From assembly GCA_943704425.1 (NCBI GenBank), contig CALSCP010002159.1, positions 62,001 through 126,000 on the forward strand: 64,000 nucleotides of DNA, given 5' to 3'. This document shows, piece after piece, positions 63,901 through 64,000 of this stretch (position 1 is its first letter; every line of letters starts with the position of its first letter). Origin of the DNA: Ministeria vibrans ATCC 50519. Its lineage: Eukaryota; Protista; Filasterea. The translations under genes were made by a program, and so were the position numbers. The notes beneath the pieces are model-generated. The model had not been told where the DNA came from and did no database searches. It saw nothing but the letters and a program-made list of their open reading frames with translations.

Positions 63901-64000
63901 CGAAGCACGCGCCAACTGAAGACTCAGTGGTCGCATCAGTTGACCGGCCATGTCCGTGTCAAATGGCGACGCACCGCTCACCTGCCATGTGTCCGCATCC
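60975..64000 (-). CDS. Receptor tyrosine kinase with polycystin/REJ-type GAIN-GPS-like ectodomain (5' part beyond the window)
   Basis: The reading frame is open to the window edge. GPS-like CVRWSATSGSWTPTGS..VTCLTRQTGTYALAV; TM LPIIGAIVAVAVGILLMIVIVVLW-RRR; kinase IGKGEFGVV, VAVKTLK, HENILGLVGVC, HRD|LAARNCLV, KVADFGLSR, DYYR, LPVRWMALESL. Confidence 0.93.

Overview
This is a gene-dense, intron-rich eukaryotic window with GT-AG introns of about 50-300 nt, many containing microsatellites. It most likely comes from a unicellular holozoan (choanoflagellate/filasterean-like), inferred from a receptor tyrosine kinase, Notch-type EGF arrays, a CD164-like gene and RSK alongside bacterial-type genes. 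About 20 protein-coding genes were rebuilt by eye from exon fragments. In order: DUF899 thioredoxin-like, class II HDAC with an N-terminal chromo-barrel, GST, RPP25/Alba, CDC40/Prp17, TMEM18, a degenerate SDR, CD164-like, LSm2, MICU1, RPB8, a ~20-kb giant type-I membrane protein gene, Chz1-like, SMAP ArfGAP, a tandem GxDLY-SGNH hydrolase, an ankyrin-pseudokinase-pseudoPARP protein, REX1B-like, an unknown low-complexity protein, p90 RSK, and the 3' part of an RTK with a polycystin-type GAIN/GPS ectodomain. Four architectures stand out. (1) The giant receptor has 5 beta-helix modules, a bacterial-type unnamed domain, a segment bounded by basic RRR motifs that carries a cationic amphipathic helix, 31 Notch-type EGFs and a ZU5-like insert. 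(2) The GAIN-RTK. (3) The ANK-kinase-PARP protein with both catalytic domains degenerate. (4) The Tudor-knot-HDAC fusion. No tRNA, rRNA, CRISPR array or clear mobile element was recognised. Family assignments rest on recalled motifs, not database searches, and gene coordinates span introns.
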